A stretch of 63,623 bases of DNA, filler included, from Octopus bimaculoides (lineage: Eukaryota), in the NCBI RefSeq assembly GCF_001194135.2. It is 5 parts of 5 records of this genome, joined end to end, with 100 filler letters (N's around TTAATTAATTAA, not from the genome) between each part and the next. Parts side by side here need not be neighbours in the genome. Positions count along the whole stretch, not along the records: positions 1 to 14,976 come from NC_068986.1; positions 15,077 to 31,026 come from NC_068988.1; 3 more parts are not named here. One strand, given 5' to 3'. The notes beneath the pieces are model-generated. The model ran no database searches, was not told the DNA's origin, and was given only the letters and a program-made list of their open reading frames with translations. Both the position numbers and the translations under genes were made by a program. Of the stretch, positions 10,390-22,600 are shown one piece after another. Each line of letters opens with the position of its first letter. The first letter of the stretch is position 1.

Positions 10390-13300
10390 TCTAAGACCTT
10401 GTGGTAGGTAGCCACTGACAGACCGGAAAGACGGTTAGGTATCTTGGAAAGACAAGAGGACTACTCGGAAAGACGAGCAGACAATAGGAAAGACTATCGA
10501 CACCAGGAGAGACTGGCGAAGGCTGCAGACTTACAATCCTCGCCTTTGTAATATATTGTAACAACTATGAAAGAGAATGACAGCCCCATGATTGACAGAG
10601 AAGGGGGAGTCGAGAAACAATCAAACCCAATTGACACGGATACGACCTTGGATACGAGTACGGCTATTCATTCGAACAGCGAACGAAGTGCAAACAACTT
10701 TGGATGCAAGCTGTGCTGTAGAACCTTTGCAACTATAAGAGGCTTGAAGATACATCAGGGAAAGACTTGTGAGAAGAAGACAGAGCAGTGTAGATCATCT
10801 GATCATAAAACACGTGGCAAATCATCCCCGGACGCAAACCATAGTGGATCGATAAATGTTACAGCAAAGACTTCTTCCCATCAGAAAACTGCAAGTCATG
10901 AGTCTGGTGTATCAGATAGTACTTGGAGGAGACCGAGGGTTTTGTGGCCTGCTGCTAATGAGAAAGAGAAATATAAAGAGTTTGAAAACAAGGTATGTCG
11001 AGCTCTTTATAAAATGACAGGCTCTACAGTGGAGAAACTGGGAAAATTAACATGCTCAATTTACAATACAGAGAAAGAATTGTTAGGACTGAAAGAGAAT
11101 ATCCGATTAGCGAAAGGAAAGTGTAGACCAAACAGGAGGATCAGGAAAATGAAACAGTTGAGGAAGGAAAAGACCAGCCTAAGAAAGCGGTGGAAATGTG
11201 CTGCAGAAGATGACAAACCTGGCCTCGCACTGCTGTATAACGATTTGAAAAGGAAATGTCGTTATGTGCAACAACATATACACCGATATGAGCATCGAAA
11301 GGAGAGTAAAAGGACTCGGGGGCAGTTTCTGAAGGACCCGTACAGGTTTACTAAGAAGCTATTCACTGAACCGAAGAGTGGTTCTTTATTGTGCACGAAA
11401 GAAGAATTGGATGCTCATGTCAAAGAAACCTACAGCAATCCGCACCGTAATCGGCCACTGCCACCTCTACATGGGCTAAACCATCTCTCAGAACCTGATA
11501 TCGAATTCCAAATTGGGGACATCACAGAGAGAGAGGTGAATGATTTCGTAAGAAAAGTTAGAGCAAAGAGTGCTCCAGGAGGTGATGGCGTCTCATATAA
11601 AGTCTATAAATATTGCAATCGTCTGCGAAAGAAGCTCTTTGTCCTACTCCGGCAACTGTGGCGTGAAGAGACTCTAGTAGAGGATTGGTGTAAGGCAGAA
11701 GGTATATACCTGCTGAAGGAGGCCAATGCAAAGACTTTAAAACAGTTCAGGCTGATATCCTTATTGAATGTGGAAGGCAAGAACTTTATGGGAATTCTTT
11801 CCAGGAGAACAGTGACACATTTACAAAATAATGGGTATGTTGATGAGTCTGTTCAAAAGGCCGGAATCCCCAGGATCCCTGGATGTGTTGAACATTGTTT
11901 TTCGATTTGGAAAGCAATCCAGGATGCCAAGGAGAAAATGAGAAGTCTGAACGTGGTATGGCTTGACCTAGCTAATGCACATGGCTCAGTGCCACACGAA
12001 TTACTGATAAGAGCCATGGACCACTTCCACATTCCAGACAAAGTGATCAAAATAATGAGGATATACTATGACAGTTTCGAAATGAGGTTTACAGCTGGAG
12101 ATTTTACAACAGATTGGCACCGATTGGAGACTGGCATTGCTGCTGGCTGTACAATATCTGTCACATGGTTTATCTTAGTTATGGAGTTGATTTTGAAAGC
12201 GGTGGATTTTTCGGTACAAATCGCCCATGTACAATCGCCTAAGAAAAGCCTTCATGGATGATGTGACACTTTTAGCTACAGATAAACAAGTCATGCAGAA
12301 TGCCCTCTTGAGATTAGATGAACTTGTGAGGTGGTCTAGGATGCGGTTTAGAGCAAAAAAGTCGCGTAGTCTGACATTTGTTAAGGGAGTGCAGAAAGAA
12401 TTCAAGTTTCAAATAACTGAAGAAACATTCCAACAGTCAAAGAAGAACCCGTCAAAAGCTTGGGGTGTGTATACGCTGGAACATTGTCAGATAGAAGTCG
12501 CGGAATGGAAATCATGAAACAAGCCGAGGCTGGATTTTCAGCGATTGATAACTTGAAGTTGCCAGGTAACTATAAAATTTGTTGCTTGCAGTTTGGCTTG
12601 TACCTGTAACTTTTGTGGCCACTTTTAATATATGAGGTAGCCTTGTCATGAGTTCAGATCATTGAACAAAAATGTAATATGTTCATTAGAAAGTGGCTAG
12701 GCCTACCTCAGATGTTGAACAGTTCAGCTCTTTATCGTAAAAGAGGTTCGTTGCAGTTACCACTAGCATCAATAGTCGAAATATACAAACTAGGGAAGAT
12801 ACGGATGGTGATGATGCTGAGAGAATTGAAGGATACGGAAATCAGGCGTAACCCACCAGAGGTGAAAACAGCCAGGAAGTCGAAAGCAGAAGCAGAGACT
12901 GATGACATCTTGTCTTCTCTTATACACAGAGATATGGTGGGTGCAACACAGAACCATTGGAGAGGACTTGGTTTTGGCGCAAATCAGTTCAAACCGTTTG
13001 CAGGTATGATGCGGAGCGAACGCAAATCTGTTGTTAGTAACAGCGTCAAAACAAGAGAAGCAAAGAGAAGAGAGCTTCATTTGATCCGATGTAGTCAACA
13101 AGGACAGATAAAGAGATGGGAAGAACATGTTGTTGAGAGGAAAGTACGTTGGGATGAAATATGGAAGTGGACGACATTGCGGCTAAGTTTTCTGATTTGT
13201 TCATCCTATGATGTTTTGCCGTCACCTAGGAATCTCGTAAGATGGAACGTCTCAGAGAATGACATATGCAAATGCAGAAAGGTCAGAACACTGAAACATA

Positions 13301-14132
13301 TTCTTTCCAACTGTTCCTTAGCATTGAATAGATAAACATGGAGACACAACCTGGTCCTGAAGGTTATCTTCAATGCTATGAAGAACCAAATTCATCTCAA
13401 CAACACAGAAAAAAACCGTTGAAAGAACCATCTGGAGATTTTATTACCTTCGTGCGCTCAGGTCAGTGGATCTGTTTCAAGAAAAAGAACAAGAAACTTC
13501 CTGTGAGAAATGAGAAGTGAAACGACTATTGGGAAGTGACTGCAGATTTACCTGGGTGCCAAGCATTCTTTCCCATCCCAGTTATGGAAAAAACGGACAT
13601 TTTAATGTGATGTGAAAGAAGGAAAGTTATAAATCTAGTCGAGTTAATGGTTCCTCATGAAGATAATATGAACGCCGCGCGGGCTCAAAAGATTGACCGT
13701 TATGTAAACCTCCTCGAGAAATGTGAAGATGCAGGCTGGAAAACGGAGCATTTTCCAACCGAAGTTGGATGTAGAAGGTTTGTAGGACACAGAGTGAGAC
13801 GACTGTTGTTATCGTTAGGCCTTACTCATCGTAAGGTAAATACCACCATGAGTGATATCCAAAATACAGTGGAGAAGGTTAACCACTGGATTTGGTTAAA
13901 AAGAGACGATGAGCGATGGCTAGAGAAATATTGAGCTTTGTTTTTAATAACCAGTTGATCTAGCAAACGGGGCCTCATATCAGTGAGGGGGGCCGGTGCG
14001 CATTGATGCCATCGAAAGGTAGGCCCCCGAAACGGCGCGCATTCTCTCCTGATGACCCCATACACTTGCTGGCTTCTGGTATGCAGAGTTCTCGACTGGT
14101 AGCACTTGCATGTGCGAGTTGTTTGCAAGACA
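10390..14132 (+). mobile_element. Near full-length restriction-like-endonuclease non-LTR retrotransposon (HERO/NeSL/R2-group-like), ORF disrupted
   Basis: N-terminal zinc finger CKLCCRTFATIRGLKIHQGKTC. RT motifs SAPGGDG, FRLISLLNVEGK, WLDLANAHGSVPH, GIAAGCTIS and AFMDDVT. C-terminal C-x-TLKHILSNC...TWRHN and RLE ELMVPHE...EVGCRRF. Several stops and frameshifts after ~12260. Confidence 0.9.
10422..10516 (+). other. Array of five short hairpins with a shared hexaloop in the 5' UTR of the RLE element
   Basis: accg-gaaaga-cggt (10422-35), tcttg-gaaaga-caaga (10442-57), ctcg-gaaaga-cgag (10464-77), atag-gaaaga-ctat (10484-97), ccag-gagaga-ctgg (10503-16). Confidence 0.85.
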
Positions 14133-15329
14133 CAATGCAAAAACTAATTTCTGTGTGTCAGTGTGTCACACTTCGACCCTCTCTCTCACTATTCATTGAC
14201 ACTCCTACTATTGCTCATGCTGGATGAGATTAATAGTAGGCATAGAGACGGTGAGGGCGGTGGTAAAGACAGAGAGAAAGAGAGAGAGAGAAGGAAAAGG
14301 AGAGGGAGAGAAAGATAGAGAAAGAAATTTAGGGAGAGTTGATGTTTTTGTTAAAAGTAGTAGTGTTGATGGTGGCAGTGGGAGTAATAATAAGAGAGAG
14401 AAAGAGTGGGTATGTGAGGGAAAGAGGGACTGAACACTGAACTAACATACTGAACACAATTCTTTTAGACACACATTTAGCCTTTTTTGTGATGGTAATG
14501 GTGTGATAGTAATAGTATGAGCTGTAGTTATGATAGAGGCAGAGGCAGCAGTGATCATGGTGGTGGTGGTGGTAGCTGAGGCGGTCAGGAATGGCTGTGA
14601 GAATAAGTGCTATGAAAGACAGTGATAATGATGGTGGAGGGGAAGACAGCAAAGTCAAAGTTATTGATGGTGGTGGCATCAGAAGTTTGAATGGCAGATG
14701 TGATGGCGATGGTGGTGGTACCGTTGTTTATCATGCAGCTTTGCAATAAGTTCCAAGTCAACAAATTATATCATTGTTTTGATGAAAATTGTTCATTGCT
14801 TGAAAAATGTTGTTTAATAAAAGTTTAATAAAATTCAATATGTACTCAATGCATGAAGTGTCGTTGTTGGGCCCAAGGCCTAATGAAGAGCCCTCCACAG
14901 GAACTAGCTTAAAAGCCACTTGATAGGACAGCTTTTAAGCTAGTATATATATATATGTATATATGTATATATATATNNNNNNNNNNNNNNNNNNNNNNNN
15001 NNNNNNNNNNNNNNNNNNNNTTAATTAATTAANNNNNNNNNNNNNNNNNNNNNNNNNNNNNNNNNNNNNNNNNNNNTATATATCGATATTAATTAATATA
15101 TGACTAATTACCAGATTTTATAATAATATTTTACCTATTGCCCATGTTCTCATACTGAATGTATATAATATATATATATAATATATATATATTATATGTG
15201 CGTGAGAAGACCCGGCAAGCCAAGTGAGACCTACATCCAAGGCATCTGCCAAGGGTGTAGCCAGCCCACTTATGCATACCTTCCTTCATTGGACACTAAA
15301 CTCCGCTTGCGAGAAATCTTAGAGAATTG

Positions 15330-17270
15330 AGGTAAGTGAAATCTTAGAGAATTTTTAGGACTCATTAATTTTTACAGACGTTTTATTCCATATTGCACAG
15401 AAAGTCTATTTCCTTTAACTGAATTATTAAAGAATAGGAAAAAGAAAAATGAAGCTATAACTTCAAAAGATGAAGAATTATAGGCTTTTCAAAGCATAAA
15501 AGAAAAACTGTGTGAAGCAACATTCTTAAACCATCCAGTTCTTGAAGCAAAATTATCGTTGCTAGTTGATGCTTCTAATGTTGGAATCGGTGGGGTTTTA
15601 CAACAGTTTCATTGTGGTTCTTGGCAACCATTATCATTCTTTAAAAAAAAATTCAAGGCACCAGAAATCAAATACAGCGTTTTCGGCAAAGAATTGTTGG
15701 CAGCTTACTTGTCAATTAAATACTTCAGACATCTTCTTGAAGGTAAGTCATTTACATTATTTATTGATCATAAACCATTGACACATGCACTAAAAAAATC
15801 TTCTGAAAAATATTCTCCCAGAGAAATTAGTCACCTTGGTTATACTGTGGATATACGGTATATCAAGGGTGTTGAAAATTCTGCAGTTGATGCACTTCCT
15901 CAAATGAATGTTGATGCATTACGTTCATTAAGTACTATTGATTTAGAAGAAATGTCTAAAGATCAAACTACTGATGAAGAATTTTCTTTATATAAAGATT
16001 CCAGTTCTACTTCTTTGAAAATTTCAAGATAACTTGAAACAGAACAATTCACAAACAGTGAACTTATGGTTGAGGAAAAGACCCACAAATCAATTTTAAA
16101 ATCACCTACCAGCAAAAAGAAAACTAGAAGCGGTAGAATTGTACATCTTCCCAAAAGACTTTCTCAGTTTGTTTGAATATATCCCTCATTGGCTTTTATA
16201 TTCCTGGAATTTTTTAAAAAAAAGATTTATAATGTTTTTTCCAGAGGAATTTGATAAACTTTACAAGAAAGCTGTGTTATTGTAAAACCGTGATGCGCAG
16301 TTATTTTCATAAGTTTAACATGTGGATACATTTGTAAATTTGATTTACTAAAAATATTAATTCCAACTATGTATTGAAATATATTTGTATTATTTTCTTT
16401 TTTTCACAAAATTTTAACAGTTTTTCTGGTTGAGAGCTTATGTAGCGACGCAAGTCATAATATATAACTTTTAGCGGCGGTAATATGACATAATGGTCAT
16501 GTTGCCCGAAGAGGTATGATTGTTAGTTTCCCATTGGTTAAAATTACTGCCCATATTTGAATTCTAAATTTTCATCAAAGAGAAATCACGAAATACGGTT
16601 CTTAGAATTCAGGTATGAGCAGTTATAAAAACCCTGATTTTGGGGAAATTAATCAGTGATCGTTGGTTGTTACTCAACTCCACAACACTTACACCCAGTG
16701 TTCGTTGGTTGTCACTTATTTCCACGATACTCACTCTTTTGAGATATTGGCTATTTTTATGTCATGTCTATTACTTAATTCAACAAGACTATTTTGAATT
16801 GCTGTGTAAAACTCTAGTGGCTTAGTACGGAAGAATTAGTAATATAAATTTTATGTTGTAATCCTCTATGATAGTTTTCTTTTGACTTATAAATGTTGTG
16901 TAAATATTAAACTAAAGTAAATAAACTAATTTAGTAAATAATTTCTCTTTCTTCATTTTCTTTAACCTGTTAATGAAATTTATTTCTGCAACTATGAAAC
17001 TGTTATTATAGCGGTAAAAAAGAGCTAGCTTATTTATCTTAAGCATACATGTGCATTTCAGCGTCTTGGTGTATATAATTCATCACAGCGTTTACGCAGC
17101 CTGAGTTAAGATTTATGTATAGTGATAATACTTATAATTAAGGTATAAGTGACGGGTTTATCACTATAGATTTCTACTCAATAAACATCTATATTTATTA
17201 CCTTTTCCAAGTCAAAAACATTTTAAACCAGATAATCCAACACAACATTATAAATTGGTGACGAACCGAC
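15330..17270 (+). mobile_element. Ty3/Gypsy remnant: RNase H region, pol 3' end, one LTR (~16441-17247) and a PBS-like sequence
   Basis: ORF 15559-16032 has VDASNVGIGGVLQQ...YSVFGKELLA...FIDHKPL (Ty3 RNase H). Pol ends RSGRIVHLPKRL. LTR-like segment begins tgtagcg, contains aataaa and is followed by tggtgacg at ~17256. Confidence 0.7.
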
Positions 17271-17399
17271 ATGGACTTAGAAAAGTCTATTCAGGAGAAT
17301 AATCACCATATAAATAAGATAATCTCAGCCTGTTATAAAAGTGGTAAAACCACCGCTTTATTAATGTGGTAACTCACCGTTATAAGACATTTGGTGTTT

Positions 17400-19610
17400 A
17401 AGGGAATTTGATTCTGCTGCCCTCTTCTGTACCTCATATCAGGCTGTTGGTTCATCCAGTATTGTGGAAAGGAGGATGTCTAGTTCCTTTTTGAAGACAT
17501 CTACTTCCACCTTATGCAAATTTCTTAATTTTTGTGGCAGGGCATTGAAGAGCTGTGGGCCTTTGAATCCTAGACTATTGCAGTACCTTGTCCTGAATTT
17601 AGGTGGAGTGGATGGTACCTTTGCTCCAATACAATGGAGACCAGTTCTGGCATTTCTATAAAACTCAATGCCAAAGTTAGGTACAGGCCCTTCTAGGATT
17701 TTCCATATGTTTATTACTGCATATCTCTCATGCAGATCCTGCTGTAAGCTTGTGACATTGTCTTGGTTTTTTATTGCCTGTGATAATTTTGTAACATCAG
17801 TATAGCTAGTGACAATGGCTGTCCGAGTGACCATGGGCATGTCTAAGAGGGCTGAACAGTAATGGTCCCAGAACAGTTACCTGGGGATTTGAGCTTCCTC
17901 AGAAAGGGCGCCATTGGCTGCAACTACCCGACTTCTGTTTTTAAGGAAGTCATGCAGCCACTCTCCCACTTTACTCCAGGGAGTAAAGCTGTAGTTATCT
18001 CAGCCTATCCCTGTAGTTCAACCACTGCACTATTTCAATCTTTTTAGTGTAGTGGCATTGGGCTGCTTGAAGCTCTGCTGTTAGTTTGACACTATGTGGT
18101 GACCATAACTGTGAGTAAGTAGTCCAGGTGGCTGAGAACAAAAGTTCTCCACAAGGTCAACATAGTTTCTTGGTCTCTTGTCTTGAAGGACCTCAGTATC
18201 CATCCTGCCAGTTGTTTGCACTTTGATGCAATCTAGCTTATGTGCAAATAAAATGATGTGTCATTGCACATACTGATCCCCAAGTCTTTCACTGCCTGTA
18301 ACTGGGATTGTAGTGCCTTTGGGTCCTGTAAATGTAGATTGTACTGTATTTGTGAGTTGATAGTGCAGTGCTTGAAATTTTCCAGCATTAAACTGCATGT
18401 TGCTTATTTCAGCCCACTTGTATATTGAATTTAGATCCTGCTGTAAGCTTGTGACATTGTCTTGGTTTTTTATTGCCGGTGATAATTTTGTAACATCAGT
18501 ATAGCTAGTGACAATGGCTGTCCGAGTGACCATGGGCATGTCTAAGAGGGCTGAACAGTAATGGTCCCAGAACAGTTACCTGGGGATTTGAGTTTCCTCA
18601 GAAAGGGCGCCATTGGCTGCAACTACCCGACTTCTGTTTTTAAGGAAGTCATGCAGCCACTCTCCCACTTTACCAGCAATGCTAAGGTCACATAGGTTAT
18701 GACTTATCATGCCATGATCTACTTCATCAAATGCCTTTGCAAAGTCAAGATATATCACAGACATCTGAATGGTCAAGCTGCTGCTTCCTGGACAGAATCC
18801 ATGCTGTGTATAGTTCAGTAGGTCATCTTCTAGGAACATTATCAACTTCTTTCTGATGATTCGCACCATGACTTTACTGATATGCAAAGTCAGAGAGATT
18901 GGCTTGTAGTTTTTGGCCTCGGCTCTACTTCCACCTTTGTGAATAAAGCATATAATACCTTCTTTCAGCTTTTTAGGAAGTATACCACTTGCAAGGAAAC
19001 TTTGGAAAAGTATCTGAAGTGGTTTTGCTAAAGCCTGCTTACATGACTTTAGGAGAATAGCTGGGAAGCCATCAGGACCAATGGCAGAGCATGAGTTCAT
19101 TTCATCTATGACTGCTATTACACCTGTCTCATCAATGTTGATGTAATCGATGGCTGGCGCCACCTTTTTTAGAGCTGCAATATCAAAGAATTCAGCCGGA
19201 TTTTTTATCTGCATGTGGACCAGCATCTCATGAGGACTTTTCTGTCCCTGGGAATCTTATTTGACAGTGTGCTGGCCTTTCTTTCTGGGATATATTTAGT
19301 GCACTGTTGACATAAATTGGCTGAATTTCAGACCAATGTCTTGCATACACAGAATGTTGGACCAGGTTTGTGTGTGGATCTCTTTGCAGATTGATTCCCA
19401 TTTTGCTTTATGGAAATTCAGGTTGGATAAGGCTTGAGTCCTCCTGATAGGGTAGATATCAACAGTTCGCACAGGACTATACATAGTTCAACAATGTTGT
19501 GATCTGAGAGTGGAAGAGTATGTTGATGTTCTGAAGTAGGTTTGTTAATAACTCCTTGATGTGTTTGAGGCTATCCTCAAATTTTCCATCTTATTTTGTG
19601 GCATTCGGCG
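17400..19610 (-). mobile_element. CR1/Jockey-group LINE ORF2 remnant with an internal 241-bp templated duplication
   Basis: SAIGPDGFP, YKPISLTLHISK, QHGFCPG and IYLDFAKAFD motifs (ORF 18576-19226). C-terminus RYCNSLGFKGPQLFNALP...FKKELD (ORF 17439-17840). 17734-17974 matches 18433-18673. Confidence 0.9.
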
Positions 19611-19701
19611 GACGATATGTTGTGCAAAGAGCTACATCAGCTTGCTTTATATTTATTATTAAGGTATCGCAAATTGAATTAGAATGTGACAGTTTATAAT
19701 A

Positions 19702-19734
<33 letters not shown>

Positions 19735-19738
<4 letters not shown>

Positions 19739-21106
19739 GTTGGCAACTAAGTTCCTGCCGTTTTTTTAAATTTTGGAATCTGTTTTTTTTTCGAGAAATC
19801 TATTTTAGAATCATTTGGGANNNNNNNNNNNNNNNNNNNNNNNNNNNNNNNNNNNNNNNNNNNNNNNNNNNNNNNNNNNNNNNNNNNNNNNNNNNNNNNN
19901 NNNNNNNNNNNNNNNNNNNNNNNNNNNNNNNNNNNNNNNNNNNNNNNNNNNNNNNNTTTTCTAGTTAATTTTTGTTTATTTTCAGATCATTAGAACAGAA
20001 GAAAAACAAGCATTTTCGACACCCCCTTCTTTCTGCATTCCATCAAGGTTCTAAGGCTGTAAAAGCTGCTTACGACATTTGTACTGTGTATGGAGAGGGT
20101 GCTATAGCTGAAAGAACCTCTCGTGATTGGTATGCCAAGTACAAAAATGGAAATTTTGACCTCAAAAAACGCACCTTGTTCTGGCTGCCAATTGAGTTCA
20201 ATGAAGAGCAATTAAACCAACTTTTGCACCAAAATTCTCATCAACGACAAGGGAACTGGTAGAGAAAATGGAATGCTCCCACAATGCTATAGAGAAGCAT
20301 CTTCACTCGATGGGAAAAGTTTAGAAGTACGGAGCATGGGTTCCACATGCTTTAAGTGACAACAACAAAAATCAACGAACCACAATCTCCACTGGTTTGC
20401 TTGCTTGTCACCGCTCAACTCATGGACACAAGCAATGATTTCTTTACCGAATTGTTACTGGCAATGAAAAATGGTGGCTGTACATCAATACGAAGCAGCG
20501 TAAGGAATGGCTTAGCCCTGGTAAACAAGCGACACCGCGCGTGAAACAATATCTTCATCTGCGTAAAACAATGTTGTAAGTATGGTGGGACTGGGAAGGG
20601 ATTATCCATTACGAATTGCTTGAATGGAACCAAACGGTCAATGCGGAACTCTATGTTCAACAGATGGAACAACTCAACATGGCTATTCAAGAGAAAAGAC
20701 CTAATCAGCAGCATGGAGTTCTTCTAATGCACGACAACGCCCGTCCTCATATCGCCAATATGACCAAGGAAGCCATTCAAACTCATGGCTGGGAAGTGCT
20801 GCCACACCCGCTATACTCTCTTGATTTGGCACCATCGGATTTCAACCTCTTTCGATCTCTTTCAAATGCTATGCGTGGTGTTTTGTTCAATACATATGCA
20901 GAATTGAGAGCTTGGTTGGTTTAATGTTTCAAGTCGAAATCGGGTGATTTCTACCAACGAGGTGTTGAAAATCTTGTTGAACGTTGGGAAAAAGTTGTAA
21001 ACAACAAGGATGAATACATTATTGATTAATCAGATGTTATTTTTTATTAAACCTTTTAAAAAATTTAAATTAAAAAAAAACTGCAAGAACTTAGTTGCCA
21101 ACCAAA
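19735..21106 (+). mobile_element. Mariner transposon, near full length, decayed
   Basis: TIRs ttgggttggcaactaagttc (19735) and gaacttagttgccaaccaaa (ends 21106), with TA nearby. Transposase remnants RDWYAKYKNGNFDL, MHDNARPH and HPLYSLDLAPSDFNLFRSL (D,D34D-type). Confidence 0.92.
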
Positions 21107-21124
21107 CATATAAAAAAAAAAATA

Positions 21125-21460
21125 TTGCTGAGACCCCTTTCGATCATGACTGACCATGGGATTGCACCTAGAAAGTTACCCTCCCAGGCACAACTCTAGA
21201 CAAGGTTGATTTTATAGAAGACCGGCAGATGCCCATGCATACCAGACTCCCTTCTCCACGCCACCAGTGTTATCCAAGGGAAAGGCAAAGGCTGATACAG
21301 CTTGGCACCTGTGACGTTGCAACTCATTTCTACAGCTGAGTGAACTGGAGCAACGGGAAATAAAGTGTCTTGCTCAAGAACACAACACACAGCCCGGTCT
21401 GGGAATCAAACTCACAACCTCACGATCGTAAGCTCGACGCCTAACCACTCAGCCATGCAC
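21125..21460 (-). mobile_element. tRNA-derived SINE
   Basis: Minus strand begins ggtgcatggctgagtggttagg...gtttgattccc (A- and B-box-like), followed by gtgttcttgagcaagacacttt. Confidence 0.7.
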
Positions 21461-21593
21461 CTTCACATATATGATATATATGTTATAAATATAATATATA
21501 TATATAAAATATATATACACATAATAAATATATATATATATTATATGTGATATATAAAATATATATATATACATATATAAGTATATACATATA

Positions 21594-21707
<114 letters not shown>

Positions 21708-21761
21708 ATATATACATATAATACATATATATGTACATATATAAATATATGTATATATATA

Positions 21762-21860
21762 TCATCATCATCATCATCATCATCGTTTAACGTCCGCTTT
21801 CCATGCTAGCAAGGGTTGGACGATTTGACTGAGGACTGGTGAAACCAGATGGCTACACCA
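21762..21860 (-). mobile_element. Short 3' fragment of the RTE-tail repeat
   Basis: (CAT)n followed by cgtttaacgtccgctttccatgctagc, the reverse complement of the tail at 290-348. Confidence 0.8.
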
Positions 21861-22329
21861 GATATATAATACATATATATGTACATATATAAATACAATT
21901 TATATACATATATATATATATATACATATAATACATATTATACTTACATACAATACATATATATATATACATAAAATATATATATATATATACAAATAAT
22001 ACATATATATGTACATATAATACATATATACATACATACGTATAATACATATAATACGCATATATACATATAATACATATACATATAATAGATAGGAGAC
22101 TAAGGGGGCCCACCCGCAACTACAATGCTATCGTTTATTTATTTATTTGTTTTTGTTAAAAGTATTCTTTTCAACTGTCTACAAACACAGCCAGGCTGAA
22201 ATAATTAATGCATTCTTCCAGGAGTGAATAAAAAACTTCTCAAACTTGAGGGGATGGGGCCCCCATATATGGATTCTAATGGCACAGGGGCCCACTTGCC
22301 ATCATGCAAGCTGGCGACCTGGCTAGTCT

Positions 22330-22600
22330 GCCACTGGGTGTGACTGTGTGGTAAGAAGCTTGCTTCCCAATCACATGCTTTCATGTTCAGCCCTACTGCA
22401 TGGCACCTTGGGCGAGTGTTTTCTACTATAGCGTCAGGCCAACCAAAGCCTTGTGAGTGGATTTGAGAGACAGAAACTGAAAGAAGCCTGTCATATACAC
22501 ACGCATGTTTATGTGTGTGTGTGTCTGTGTTTGTACCCCATTCATTGCTTGACAATTGATGTTGTGTGTAACCCCACAAAGAGGTGAAAGAAGAGAGACA
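22330..22600 (+). mobile_element. Degenerate SINE
   Basis: gcttgcttcccaa...caccttgggcgagtg...tatag...ccaaagcc...gaaactgaaagaagc is shared with 30535-30680. Confidence 0.55.

Noticed and set aside
10422-10516. Hairpin array or microsatellite arrays as CRISPR
   Set aside because: Eukaryotic context, units only ~20 nt, no unique spacers of CRISPR length and no cas genes.
14020-14060. cgaaac...ctgatga in the RLE 3' UTR as a type II hammerhead or HDV-like ribozyme
   Set aside because: No room for stems I and III, stem II does not pair, and no HDV P1.1 or catalytic C arrangement could be built.
15021-15032. TTAATTAATTAA islands inside N runs (also 31071, ~44247, 55924)
   Set aside because: An identical 12-mer centred in gaps is best explained as a scaffolding linker (stops in all six frames), not biology.
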